Assembly: GCA_964019335.1 (NCBI GenBank)
Contig: OZ025664.1
Span: 558,001-622,000 of the forward strand
Direction of reading: 5' to 3'
Origin: Diplonema japonicum
Lineage: Eukaryota > Protista > Euglenozoa: Diplonemea
DNA: 64,000 nt
Shown here one piece after another: positions 9,833-22,680 of the stretch. The position numbers and the translations under genes are program-made. The stretch's first letter is position 1, and each line of letters opens with the position of its first letter. A model generated the notes under the pieces. The model ran no database searches, had not been told where the DNA came from, and saw nothing but the letters and a program-made list of their open reading frames with translations.

Positions 9833-12587
9833 ATGCACTCAGGGTCCATGATACAAGAGGAGCAGCCACCACCCGTGTGCCATGCCGACCTCGCTCTGGA
9901 AGCTGCTGTAGAGCAGCCTTCTCCGTCCGAGGGGATAGATGGGATGCTATTAGGGCTTGGTGCCGTGGCGAGCAAACAAGAGAGGATGCGCATGCTGATA
10001 GGTGTTCTGCCGGAAAGAAGCATGGAGCAAGGAAGCTCTGAAAAGGAAGTCCCGAACCTGGAAACCATGGCGGAGAACTGCCTTGCGACGCACGGGTTGG
10101 GGTCGCGGATCAGCGTGCAGAAGAAACTGCTAGAGGCATCTAATGGGTTCTGCAAAGCACTTGAAATGCGACCTGTTGGGAGAAAGAAGCGTGCTGAGAG
10201 AATGCGACAGCCTGTAACGGAAGAACTGATCGGTCCTGATGGGTACAATTATATCAGCACCATGCCAAGCGTGGCTGCTGCGGCAAACCTGAGGAACCTG
10301 TGGAGCGGTGAGGTCGACGACGATGTGAAGGTGATCCTAGAGCAGTGGGTCACCAAGCTGAAGAAGGCAGCAACCAGCACAACCCTCGTACTTCCTGGCG
10401 ACGATGTATGCGAATCACCCTCCACCAGCTACATCGACTGGGACAGCGAGAGGTTAGCTGCCGCTGAACGCAAGCTTCAAGCCGCGGTAAAACGGCGTGA
10501 TGAGCTCATCTCTGAAACCCACGCCTCACACACCAAGCAAGCCGAGTGGCATACACAAGAGCTCTCCTCAGAAGAGTGGCGCGTCCGCGAAGCTCAAAAG
10601 ATCATTGATGACATCAAAAGGAACACCCCTAACCAGCCCCCTACACCCATCGAACTCCCCCTCGCCGAGCCAGATGAAACTCCCCCCGATGTCCTCCTCA
10701 TTCAAGGTTCTTCCGGTGTCGACGGGCGCTACTTCAAACACCACTCTCAGGAAGACGCGTACATTAGATCCGACGGAATGTACTTGTTTTACGACGGGCA
10801 CAAGTGGGGGATCACACACCTGACTACAAAACGCCCGTTGGTACTGACCTTGAACACTGCCGTAAGGAACCCCTGCAATATCATACAGTGGTACGAGGCA
10901 GACATGGCGCGTGGGAAGTTCGTTTTCAGCCACAACATAAAGGTGACACCCTCGCAAGAGTCGCGCAATGACAATGAGAAGTACCTTGAGGGAATGGGGT
11001 TTGGATCTCAAGAGATCGAAGCGGCTCTGGCGTGCAGCGACGGGAACATGGAAGGAGCGTTGGACTTGTTGGTGCGTGGAGGGTCCGAAGAGCCGCAACT
11101 AGATATCCAACCCTCGCCAGACATGGACGGGTTGACGGAGAATCTTAGTTTTCAGACCACAGAGTCACAGTCTTCCTTGCAATCTGAGACGGTTCTTCCT
11201 TTTTGTCACACGTCCAGTACGTCAAGCATCCCGTTGTCAAGCACAGATAGCTTTTCAACACCTGCCTTTGCTGCACCTGTACCGCCACCCACGGTTGAGT
11301 CCGGCAGCAGTAGCTCCCCCGACCTCCTCTCATCGATGCAGCTCATGTTCAGCACAATCGACCCGGCCATCATACAGGACGTGCTGCACCAGACGAAAAA
11401 CTCGGAACATGAAACCATTCTTGCCCTGTCGCAACTCCTCCACACCCCCGAATCAACTCCTTCAACGTCTAGTCTCCTTGTTCCGCAACAAGCATCCCGG
11501 CCTGTGAGCTTTAAGCAGCTCCCGAAGTACCGTGTGGTGCCCCTCAAAGGAGTGGCCTACAGGCAGACGACAAACATTAAGAACATCGAAAAGTCCATCA
11601 TGGGCCCCCGGTGTGGTGACATTGTTTCCTCAGCAGAGGCCACAAGCGATTGGATCAAACTCGAGAATGGTTATTACCTCCCGCAGCACAAGGACGGCAG
11701 GCAGCTGCTTGAGCGTGTTGATGAAGAGGCGGAAGCGACCCAGAGGTGGCTGGGCAAGGCGGCGTTGGACTTGGCGAAGGATGTGGAGGACCTGCATATT
11801 GCGCTGTCGGGGGGGAGGGTGAAACTGGCTTGTCTGTTGCTAGACGCAGGGTGCCGAACGGATATCTCAAGTAAGAATGGCGTATCGTGCATGGCGCTAG
11901 TAGAGGCGCACCCCGCCTTCAACGCTGTGTCTGATGAGGTGCTAAACGTCGTGAAGCATGTGACCGCAGATGGCAGGCTGTACGTGAAGGACGCATCGGG
12001 GCTAACGATCCTCGTTAGAGCTTGCTTGAAAGGCAAGGCAGGGCTCATCCTTTGCTTGCTGCAATGTGGGGCAGACCCCTGTGACACCGACGCACAGGGC
12101 AGGTCCGCCATTGGGGTTGCCATCGAGACTAAGATCCACGACAGAGCGGCGTTCAAGGAATGGCACGCTGTGCTTTCTCACCTTGCCACGCAAGAAGCTC
12201 TATCAACGCAAGGGCACACAGGGGAGTCGGACGGCTACAACGTCTTGCACACGGCACTGAACAATGGGAAGATAGGACGCGTCAACTTGTTATTAGAATT
12301 CGGAGCGTCCCCTCTAGGCAAAAGCAGACATAGTTTAACACCCCTTGTGCTTGCTCTTCGGTCACCTGCCTTTCTTCAACAAAATGCGGCCAGCGCTCTG
12401 GTGATCGTAAAGAAGCTGGCGGTCCAGTCCATTATAAACGAGCCAGACTGCGAAGGGAACACGCCGCTTGTGCTTGCGGCCAAGACAGGCAGGGCGGACT
12501 TTGTCAACGCCATCCTGCAGATGAAGCCTAACATCGCAGCACGTAACAAGCAAGGGCACACCGCACTGTCGTACGCCGTCATGGTAT

Positions 12588-12651
<64 letters not shown>

Positions 12652-13334
12652 AGCATCCTTGGAACGGAGATGCATCTGTGGTGAAGCAACTCGCAACGCC
12701 CGAAGCGCTAGGTGGGGACATGGAGGTGGTGCAACACGTGATGGACCCCGGGAAGGTGGACTTTGTAGAAGCGCTGATGGAAGCGGGTGTGGTGTGGGGA
12801 GGGGAAGCCATGCTGGATGCTGTAAGGAAGGAGGGAGGAGAAAGGTGGGAAGGTGTCCTGCAGGGGCTATGTGGACGTGGACTGCTACAAATACAAGATG
12901 AAGAGGGAAACAGTGCTTTGCACGTAGGGCTAGCATGTGGGATGTACGAGAACGCAAAGGTGTTGATAGAGAATGGGGCCGACATCGCAGCCATGAACAG
13001 TGGCGGTATGACACCGCTGCACGTAGCCGCTAGCCGCCATGACTGTGACACAAGGGGGACTGGCATTCTGCAGTCACTTATCACTCCAGCTACTATCTCC
13101 GTTCGTGATGCTTCGGGAAGAACACCTCTCCACTATGCCTCCTCCTCTGAGCAATGGACTACCATCCTCACTCTCGTCACTGCCGGCGCCTCACCAAATA
13201 CACAAGATCGCAAGCAGCTCTACCCCTACCAGTTGGTCACTCACCGCACCCTTTCTCAAGAACCTGCTGCCACTGCTTTGAAAGCGCTCTCCACCCCAGC
13301 TGCGCTTACTGCTTCTGTCTTCACTGACTCTTGA
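9833..13334 (+). CDS. UBA + CUE-like + SH3-like + ankyrin-repeat protein (2 exons: 9833-12583, 12654-13334)
   Basis: UBA (LEGMGF...ALACSDGNMEGALDLL), CUE-like (MFSTIDPAIIQDVL) and ankyrin motifs (GNTPLVLAA, GNSALHVG, GMTPLHVAA, GRTPLHYAS). Intron 12584-12653 (GTATC-An-CAG) joins YAVM|HPWN in frame. Confidence 0.85.
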
Positions 13335-13782
13335 CCAGATATAAAATGAACTTTTTTTTTTTTTTTTTTTTTTTTTACACGTTTTTCTTTTTTTAACAAA
13401 TTCTTATTTGTCAGAGACTTTAAACGGAAAGAAACAAAAAGAAGAAGAAAAAAAAATAAACTAACGCTCGTGCGCACAAACAAAATGGAGTTTTTTTTTT
13501 CTTTTCTTTTTTTCCTGCGTGTTTTCTTTAAGTTTCTTTTAAAAATAGACAGGGACGTTACTTTAACTTTTTTTTCTTTTTTTGAACCAGCGATTTTTTC
13601 TATTGGTTTCTCAATTGGGGTGGAACGGGGGGGGGGGGGGGGGGGGATACAGTGGCCTCTTTTCTTTTCCCCCTCCTTAAATATCTCCCATTGTTTTTTG
13701 TTTTTGTTATGGAATTCTATTTTTTTTTGTATTCTCCGTTATCTTCTCTCCTTTCATCCAAGCAGACCCCAAGCTGGGTGAG

Positions 13783-14484
13783 ATGGCAGTCTTTGTAGTA
13801 GACATGACACGTGAAGTGTGGGGTGACGTCGAAAACCTGGGCATAGTGCTGGACGATATTGCTGTATCTAAGCAGTTGTACTTGCTTGGGGGTGTAGGTA
13901 GGCACGCAGCAGTCATAGGGGTTGGGGGGGATTCTGTCAGATATTTGGAAGGGAAGAGAGGCGATCGGGAGGAGCCTTGGGAAGGGTGCGATGGACTGCT
14001 CTTGCACCGTGCGATGGCGATGGCCCTCTGCTTCGTACAAAAGCATCAAAAAGTAGGCGGGAAGGTATCTCTTGTCCTTGGCTCCCCATCTTTGCTAGCG
14101 GAACACATGAAGGTGATGAATGTGGCATACACAGCTAATGCAGCTAAAGTGGAATTGAACACGTTCTGGGTTGGGAAGAAGTCGCCTGACCTCCTCATCA
14201 AGCAGGCTGCTGCATCTTCCAAAGGTTTCTTCCAAGAACCACCCGCAAACACCTCTCTTCTCCCACTGCTTCTCCAAGCGTTCGTGTCGCCCAAGGTCAG
14301 CGGATCTCCCATCCTTCCTCCCGCAACCTCCGTCGACACCCGCGCCACTTGCCGCCAGACCCAGAAGCTCATCGACTTGGGTCTCGCCTGCCCTTCGTGC
14401 TTCAGCATCTTCTCCACCAATATCGGACTCGAAAAAGCAGTCTCCTGTCCTACATGCGGCATTACCTTGACGCCGCTTGAATGA
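13783..14484 (+). CDS. TFB4: TFIIH subunit p34/Tfb4-like
   Basis: vWA-like N-terminus. C-terminal VDTRATC...IDLGLACPSCFSIF...CPTC matches the p34 zinc-finger pattern. Confidence 0.75.
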   Translation: MAVFVVDMTREVWGDVENLGIVLDDIAVSKQLYLLGGVGRHAAVIGVGGDSVRYLEGKRGDREEPWEGCDGLLLHRAMAMALCFVQKHQKVGGKVSLVLGSPSLLAEHMKVMNVAYTANAAKVELNTFWVGKKSPDLLIKQAAASSKGFFQEPPANTSLLPLLLQAFVSPKVSGSPILPPATSVDTRATCRQTQKLIDLGLACPSCFSIFSTNIGLEKAVSCPTCGITLTPLE

Positions 14485-14570
14485 TTGTTGCTAATTTGTA
14501 TTCTTCTTGCTTGCACATATATTTAGAACACCATAGGGGCGGGGGGTGAACGAAATAAGAAGCCCAATTT

Positions 14571-17500
14571 ATGTCAGCACCACCACCGGGTGCCCTGCCG
14601 CCCCAGCGAACGGGCGGAATGCAGCCGCCTTCGGCTCAAGGTGCTAGACCACCCCCTGGCCAGGCACCTGTACACGCATCTCAGCCTCCGCCAGGCATGC
14701 CAGGAGCTCCTGGAATGCAGCGACCACCAGGCGCGCCGGGAGCACTTCCTTCTGGGATGCCAGCAGCCAACAGGCCACCAGGCATGCCTGGTGCTCCTCC
14801 TTCGGGAATGCCCAGTGCGCATGGAGGCCCTCCAGCAGGAATGCCAGGTGCATCACAGGCAGGTCGGCCGACTGGAATGCCGGGGGCACCTCCTGGGATG
14901 GCACCGCCCAGTGCAGCGGGGGCACCCCCTGGAATGGCGCCGCCTAGTGCAGTTGGAGCACCCCCTGGGATGCATAGCCGCCCAAGTGGTACGCCGGGGG
15001 CTCCGCCCGGTACAGCTGTGCCTAACAGACCAGGTATGACAGGTTCGCTCCCTGCTGGGGTGTCTACCGCTGGGGCACCTCCTGCGATGAATAGGCCTGG
15101 CATGCCCGGGGCACCCCCCGCTTCGGGAAGTCCCGCGATGAACATGCCAGGAGCGACACCAGTTAACCGACCAGCGGGTGTGCATCCTACTGGCATGCCG
15201 GGTCAACCAACTCCCAGTGGTGTGCCTGCCGCACGCAGTGCTCCTCCTGGTGCCCAAGGTCTTCCCTCTGGACCCTTTGCGGGAACACCAGGCGCTCCTC
15301 CTGCTACAACCACACGTCCACCCTCAACGGGTATACCTCCTGCTGGGATGCCCGGTGCACCTCATCCGCAGTCCGGTGTTCCTCCTTCAGGTGCACGGCC
15401 ACCAAACATGCCCGGTGCTCCTTCAGCAGGAGGCATGCCTGGAGCACCCACACCCGCGAACCGCCCCCCCGGAGCACCACCTAGTGGGATGCCCGGGGCA
15501 CCACCTACTGGGATGCCCGGGGCACCACCTACTGGGATGCCCGGAGCGCCACCTACTGGGATGCATGGTGCACCTCCTTCTGGGATGCCTGGTGCACCTC
15601 CAACTGGGATTCCCCCTACTGGTGCACCTGCTGCTGGAATGCCTGGAGCACCTCCTACTGGGATGCACGCCCCTGGGATTCCCCCTACTGGTGCACCTCG
15701 CGCGGGGATGCCTGGTGCACCTCCAACCGGCGCACACATGCCCGGAGCACCTCCTCCTGCGAACCGGCCTGCTATGCCTGGAGCACCTCCAGCAGGCATG
15801 CCTGGGGCACCTTCTGGCCCCCCTGCCGCTACACGTCCGCCCCCGGGCAATGCTCCTGCACCCGGTCAACAAGCAACTCCTCCAGCAAGACCAGTGATGC
15901 CAGGTGCGCCTCCGGGTGGTATCCCTGCTGCTGCACAGCGTCCTGCCACTGCAGACGGTTTGGCTGGCGCACCAGGAAGACCGCCGATGGGTGTCGGTGC
16001 ACCCACCCAACCTCATCCTGGGAAGACGATGGCACCGCCAGGCATGCATAGGCACCCTGTGGCCGAAGCAGCTCCTTCACAAGGGGCCGAACCACCTATG
16101 GCTGAATCAATGGAACAGGAACAACCAGGTGCTGTGCCACGCCATGCGAATGTGAACAGGCCGCCAGGTGTTATTCCCCCCCGGCAGCCTGTTCCGGGGC
16201 ATTCGAGTAATTCTAAGTCTCTCGGAGGGAGCGGGATCCCGTTCACGTCGCCGACCTCTCCGAACCCTAGCAGAGACACTAAAGAGGCCCCCTCAGCCGT
16301 AGGAAGGCGCGATTTCAGGCCTCAGGCATCATCCTCACGCAGTAAGATCGACAGCAACCAGATCCCTTCACCCGTCGACCAGGCGAACATCAACGTCACA
16401 AAGGTGTCCTTTAAGACAGACAGGCAGGATGCCCCCCCGAAGGCAGATTCGCAGTATATTGCTGTCGACGCTGCGAATGCATCGCCGCGCTACATGAGAA
16501 CTTCCATGTACTCCATCCCGCCCGACAGCGACAAACTAAGGAACTGCGGTATCCCCTGGGGTGTGGCCATGTCACCGTTGGCCAGTGTTGAAGTAGGTGA
16601 ACAAAAAACTCCATGCATCCAGACCGGTCAGAATGGCCCCATAAGATGCAAAAGGTGTCGTGCGTTCATCAACTGCGGCGTTGTGTTTGAAAACAAGGGA
16701 CGCACGTGGAGCTGCAACATGTGCGGCGTGGCGAACGAGGTCGACACTGACTACTTTGCGAACCTTGACCCCGACGGCATCAGGACTGACGTATGTTGCA
16801 AAATATCTGTTTTACATCCCCACAGATTCAAGAAAGGCCTGAGCTGTCATTCGGCAGTGTGGAGTGGGACGTGCAGATGGTGCCCGAGCTTTCGTACGGC
16901 GGGAACAACTGGGACAAGTCAAAGCCTGCTCCTGTGCTCCCCATGAAGCAGCTGTTCATCATCGACATCAGCAAGAGGTCCACCAACGCACTTGCCTCGT
17001 TGAGCGTCGCATTGCAACAAGCATTAGAAGAGATGGCAGTCGTGCACCCCAAATGCCATGTGGCCTTCATGACGTACGCGTCGTCGGTATGACCAACAAG
17101 CGCAAGCCACTTCATACAGGTTCACTTCTACGACATGACGAAACCCAACCTCCCCATCTACATGGCACCCGATGTTGACGACATGTTCGTGCCCCTCCCC
17201 TTCAACAAGGTGTGCTGGGTTGAGATCGGTGACAAGCTCGACGTGTGCCTGGAGTTCGTCGAGAGGCTGCCGCACATGGTCAACGCGGTCGACGAGGACG
17301 GCTCAGCACTTGGGTCCGCTCTTGTGGCAGGCGAACTCGTTCTTGACGGGACGGGTGGTAAGATCATGCTCACATACAGCCAGGCACCCACAGCAGGTGC
17401 GGGTGTGTTCAAAGCCCGCGACGACCACAAGCTCCTCGCCACCGACAAAGAGAAGGAACTCTGGTGCCCTGCTCCTGGGTGGTGGCCCGAGTTTGGCGTG

Positions 17501-18824
17501 AAATGTGCGAAGAAACAAATTTCCATCGACGTCTTAGCCTTCCCTATGACAAGTTGCGAGCTATCGACCATCGGTTCACTGTGCGGCATAACCGGCGGGC
17601 AGCTGTATTTGTACGCAAACTTCAACCACCAGAGAGACGGGGAGAGACTGGCACATCAAGTGACAAGAAACCTCACAAGAGAGACAGGGTATGCAGGGAT
17701 GATGCTTCTGAGAACGAGCCCCGGCATCAGAGTGAAAGGGTACAGCGGGCACTTTTTCCAGTCGGACCCCGATGTGGTGGACCTTGCAGGCATCGATTGC
17801 GACAAGACGTACACCGTGGAGCTGGAACATGAGAGGAAGATCAACCCAACATCGACCACAGCGTCATATCTACAGATGGCACTTCTGTACACAAGAAGAG
17901 ACGGCAAGAGGCGGATAAGAGTGCACACCCTGAGGCTGCAAGTTGCACAGTCCATCCCGCTCATCTTCAGGTACGCTGATCTGGAGACGACAGTAGCGTT
18001 GGTGACACGAAAGGCAATCGCTTTGGTGGAGACGAAGGGGTTGATAGCAGCAAGGGATCTCATCCACAGGACGTGCGTAGACATCCTCGCGGGGTACAGG
18101 CAGCATTGCGCAATGAACTCCCCAAGCGGGCAGCTGGTGCTTCCCGAGGCTCTGAAACTGATCCCCATCTACAGTCTGTCCATCTCGAAGTCACCATGCT
18201 TCAGACCAACAGGCGGGAACGACAGTGTTGACGAGCGTGTGTACCAACTGTTCAACTTGAAGACGATGAGGCTTTGCGACATCGCACCGTACTTCTACCC
18301 ACGGCTGTACCCCATACACGCAATGCCGCATAACTGCGGGATGTTCGACGATGAGAAGGGTGTGTTCATCCTTCCCAACCCCGAGATCCTCGCTTCTGAT
18401 AAGGTGAACAGCTCTGGGGTGTACCTTTTGCATGATTTTGCAACAGACTGTTTCTATGTGTGGGTGGGTGAGAGGGCCTCTCTTGCATTGCAGCAAACCC
18501 TGTTCAGTGCCCCCAACGGGGTCACCATCGAGACCGTGCAGAACTTCAGCAAACTTATTTCGGAAACAACCTCCCCTTCTACTACTGAAGGCGAGCAAAC
18601 AATGGCAAGATGGCAGGTATGGACAGTGTCTTGGGGGTGGGTATTATTTTTTTTTTTTTTCCCTTTATAACAGATGGCATCGATAATCCAGTATCTGAAC
18701 CATCAGCGCTGTACCAGCTCTGATGGGGTTTATCTTATCAGGGAAAGGCAAGACCAGATGGAGGGTACTTTCTTTGGGAGGTTCGTGGAAGACAAGCAGG
18801 TATGTGTCTAAATAGATATTTTTG

Positions 18825-18869
<45 letters not shown>

Positions 18870-18943
18870 AGGGTCCAAACCTGGTTGCCCATCGTGATTA
18901 TCTGATCATGTTGCACAAAAACATTCAGGCCCGTTTGAAATAA
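14571..18943 (+). CDS. SEC24: COPII coat subunit Sec24 (exons 14571-16790, 16826-17086, 17120-18616, 18674-18799, 18872-18943)
   Basis: Pro/Gly-rich N-terminus, zinc finger PIRCKRCRAFIN...WSCNMC, RPELSFGSVE, QMALLYT..DG.RRIRVHT, GQLVLPEALKL. Four GT-AG introns restore the frame to C-terminal FVEDK...YLIMLHKNIQ. Confidence 0.95.
15471..15603 (+). repeat. 24-bp coding minisatellite (GAPPTGMP units) in the Sec24 N-terminus
   Basis: Tandem ggggcaccacctactgggatgccc-type units. Confidence 0.85.
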
Positions 18944-19032
18944 AAATAAAAAAAAGGAATAAAATAAAGAAGAGAAGAAAACCGAGAAATTAAACAGACA
19001 AACACTCATTCACTCATACAAAACCAAAGTGT

Positions 19033-19088
<56 letters not shown>

Positions 19089-19999
19089 GGTATTTTTTTT
19101 TTAAATTTCTTCTTGGCGAATATGAGAAGACTCGCGAAAGAAGGAAAAAAGAAAATAAAGAAAAAAGAGGGTGGGGCGGGGGAAAAAAAGGGGTTAGGAA
19201 AAAGGGTGTGACGGAAAAAAAAAAAGAAAATAAAGGAGTGTTTCACGTGTTTATAGTGTAAACCTTTAAAACAACAGAAGGGACAGGGGAGGGGGAGACG
19301 GAGGGGGTACGTTGAGAACGGCTACCCTCCCTCCTTTGGTAGCAGCGCACCCATTTTTACTTTTTTTTTAAAGGTTGGCCCTCGTTGCTCCCCCCCCTTT
19401 TCTAAGTAAACTTTTTTTTCTTAAAAAAAAGAAAGAAAACCATTACGAGACCAAAGAGAGATGAACTGGTCCTTCCCCCCCCCCCCCCCCCCCTCCCTTT
19501 CCCCAGCCTTTTTTTTAGCTCCCTTTTTTTATCTGAAGCGAGTCATGTCAGGAAAGTCTGTGCAAGGGTAACGGGTGCTCGGCAGAGAGACAAGAATAAA
19601 GCAAACCTTGGCCGGCTGTTGCACTACCAGCAGACTGTGGTGGCCGTACCGAACGCCGTTGGACTTGCGCCACCTTGACGCTAAAGAATCGAATTTTCTC
19701 TCTTTCTTTCTCTTTCTCCCTGCCGCACCGTTTTTATTTGCCTGTGATGGGTCGTTGCTGAAGCTTCTCTCCCCCATCACAGTGAATTCTCCATTTTTCT
19801 TTTATTTTTTTGCTCTTTCCACGGTATAAGTTTACTTCCCCCCTTTTTTTTCCCCCTTTTTGTCTTTTTGTTTTGTTTCATGATATTTTAACGCACGCTG
19901 CTATGGGTTGAACACACTTCAAAAAAGAAAAAGAAAAAAGGGAAAAGGGCGGAGAAAGATTCATAACACATACACGTACCCCACATGTATATATAGACC

Positions 20000-22478
20000 A
20001 TGCCAGGTAGGACGAAGCCGAGTACAGTGGTGAAAAAGACAGCCCCTTCGAGACCTGCAAAGCCGCCACCGCCACACGGAAATGTTAAGTTGAAGAGCTC
20101 CCCAGTGTCGGGACCGGGGACGCCTGCTTCCATACCAAAAACAGTGGCTTCTATCCCCAAGACAACTACAGCGTTAAGATCGCAGAGGAGCAATGTAAAT
20201 GCAGGTGTGAGCATCAAGCCTCCAGGCAGTCCAGGGGCAAGCCTACCTGGAAGCCCCATAATGAAATCTCCTATCAACCCACCGACATATCGAAAATCCA
20301 TGTCCCCACCCCCTCAGCTCCCCTTGCAGGACCTTGTGCTAGAAGACACCACGCCAGGGCTCATTGTCGTGTCCAACATAGACGGCATTCAACTCACCGC
20401 CCACCAGCTGCAACGCATGGTGCAGGCTGTGAAGCAGGACCTCTCTGTAGGTTTCGGTATCCCCACTGCTGCTATCAACATTGACACCATCAAGGGTCAC
20501 CCTCTCTCCATCTCCATCTCCCTTGCGGGGAAAGACTCCAGAAATTCCGCCCTCGCCTATTTCAAAGAACAGCACATGCAGCTCCCTATCACGTGCAAGT
20601 TGTACTCTGAAACAACAGGCCACTACACCAGCAGGGCCGACATCGACTACGAGTCGTCCTGGCTCGTCTCGAGCGATTACCGTTCCACCGCCCCCGAGAT
20701 AGGTGTCGGGATGCGCGTTGTGCGCAACAACACGTACTGGATGTGGGGCGACCAGGATGGCGGTGGGGCGGGCACCGTGATCGACGCGAACGCCGCCCAA
20801 GGGTGGGTCGTGGTGCGCTGGGACTACAACGGGACTGCAAACAAATATAGGTGGGGAGAGCTTTCAGGAGGTTATGATGTCAAGATCCTCCCTCAGGAAC
20901 ACCCTCTCCCCAAAGCACTTGTTCCCATCCACCCACCGGCACCACCCATCAGCCTTGGCGCTAGGGTCAAACGCAACCCCATTTCTTGGAAGCAGGAGTA
21001 CGGGTTCCCCGATGGCGGTGAAGGCGGCATGGGCACAGTGTCGAAGGTACAAGGCGACCCAAAGCACTTGGGTCAATGGGTGGAGGTAACATGGGACTAC
21101 GTAAGCCCGAACCCCCTGCGCAACCAGGCTTACAGGTGGGGCGTCAACGGCATCTCTGATTTAATTATTGTGGAAAACGAGCACAGAGGCATGGAGGAGC
21201 AAGCTCCCCATGAAGCAGTGCGGTGCATACAGGTGACAGCACTGTCCTCACGAGGCACTGACCCCGACACTGTCACAAGGGTGCAGGTGTCCTTTGACGG
21301 GGGTCCTCCTGAGTACACATCCGTGTGGACAGGCGAAACCCCTGCATGGGGGGAGACAATGGCACTTGATATCGCTCCTGGTATTGCTACCAGTCTGCAC
21401 GGCCGCATGCTAAGGGTGGTGCTCTTAGGAAAGGCGAATGGTACTGATGCAATGACCCCTTTGGGTGGGTGCGAATTAGAGATGGGGCACCTTGTGGGTC
21501 CCGAAAGCCAGACGCTGTGGCTGGCGATGGACACCTCGATGACGTCGAAGCTAAAGGCATCTCCGCATGACCCAAGCAAGAGCCTACAGGTATGCACATC
21601 ACATCACACCACAAGACAACATTCTGCAGACCGCGTCATCTGCAACAGCATGGCTGAGGCTGTCAATAGGGTTCGTCTTTGTGCAGTTGCAGCGGAGGCC
21701 GGACTCGCCGCTTGTGACGCACCATACGGGGACGAAGCAGTTGGCTCATGGGCACCAGACGGTAGAGGACAGCCGGACACTGTACAAAGTGAGGGAGTTG
21801 CATGCACCTGTGAAAATTCCATCTCTAGCGCCTGCTCCTGCACCTATGGCGAGGTCACACCTGGTGACAAAGATGGGCTACGAGGGGCACGGGCACATTG
21901 AGCCCATAAACCATGAGAGTCGCGTGAGCACAGCACCGAGCAGTGTAGCTGCTGACTCGAGTATAAATGTGAACATGGGAGGGAATGTTTTCAGCAGCGA
22001 TGGTGTCGGCGGAAAGTTCGTGAAGGCGCGCACCATACGGACGCCTGTGAGAGACCTCAGTAACGACACATCCTTCTTGGCAGAAGGCACTATGCTCGGG
22101 CAACTTCCCCTGCAGGGTGCTCAGCCTATGCGAATATCCCCAAGGCGCTCTGCTCCGCCGTCACAGGTGCTGGCGCCAGCTCCTGTCACAGTCCAAGTCG
22201 TTTCATCAGCCCCAGTTCCAGTTCCCGTTCCCGTTCCTATGCCTGTACCTGTTGCCCCTCAGGTCCCTCCAGCCGACGGGGATTCCACTACAGTAGTTGA
22301 GTACCTCGTGCAGCTAGCCTTCGACCCCGTCACCGTCCTCGAGGTGGCCAAGCTCCTCAAGTCAGAACGTGTGGAGGACATCTCCACCTTGCGGCTCCTC
22401 TCCGAGCAGGACCTTAAATCCATCGGCATCCCTCTTGGGTGCAGGCGAAAAATAGCTGCCCACCTGCACCTGAAATAG
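20000..22478 (+). CDS. Protein with two MIB/HERC2 domains, a C2-like region and a C-terminal SAM domain (exons 20000-21589, 21630-22478)
   Basis: GMRVVR...WMWGDQDGG.AGTV...WVVVRWD.NG..NKYRWG occurs twice. C-terminal LRLLSEQDLKSIGIPLGCRRKI is SAM-like. 40-nt GTATG..CAG intron in phase 0. Confidence 0.85.
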
Positions 22479-22680
22479 AATAAATAGATTTCCCCCCTCT
22501 TTTGACTGTTTCCCTTTCTTTCCTCTCCCCCCCCCCCCCCCCCAGCCCTTGTTATCAACATAGATTGCCCTCTTTTTTTTATTTATATTTTTTTTTGTAT
22601 TATTTGCGTGAGGAAAGCTGTCCTTTTCAGGAGATCAGATTGTATTTAAAAAAAAGGAAAGTAAGTGATATTAAAAGAAA

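Noticed and set aside
12584-12901. Poly-Lys tract and divergent C-terminus of the 1037-aa ORF, suggesting frameshifting or a pseudogene
   Set aside because: Explained by a GT-AG intron whose removal restores ankyrin repeats in frame. The same applies to the apparent frameshifts in Sec24, VMA6, the channel, cyclophilin, SMC4 and NCX.
19545-19690. GGAAAGTCTG ... CAGACT pair resembling the RNase P/MRP P4 helix
   Set aside because: Spacing of ~85 nt is too short and other conserved regions are not evident. It remains an unexplained complex island but is unsupported as an ncRNA.
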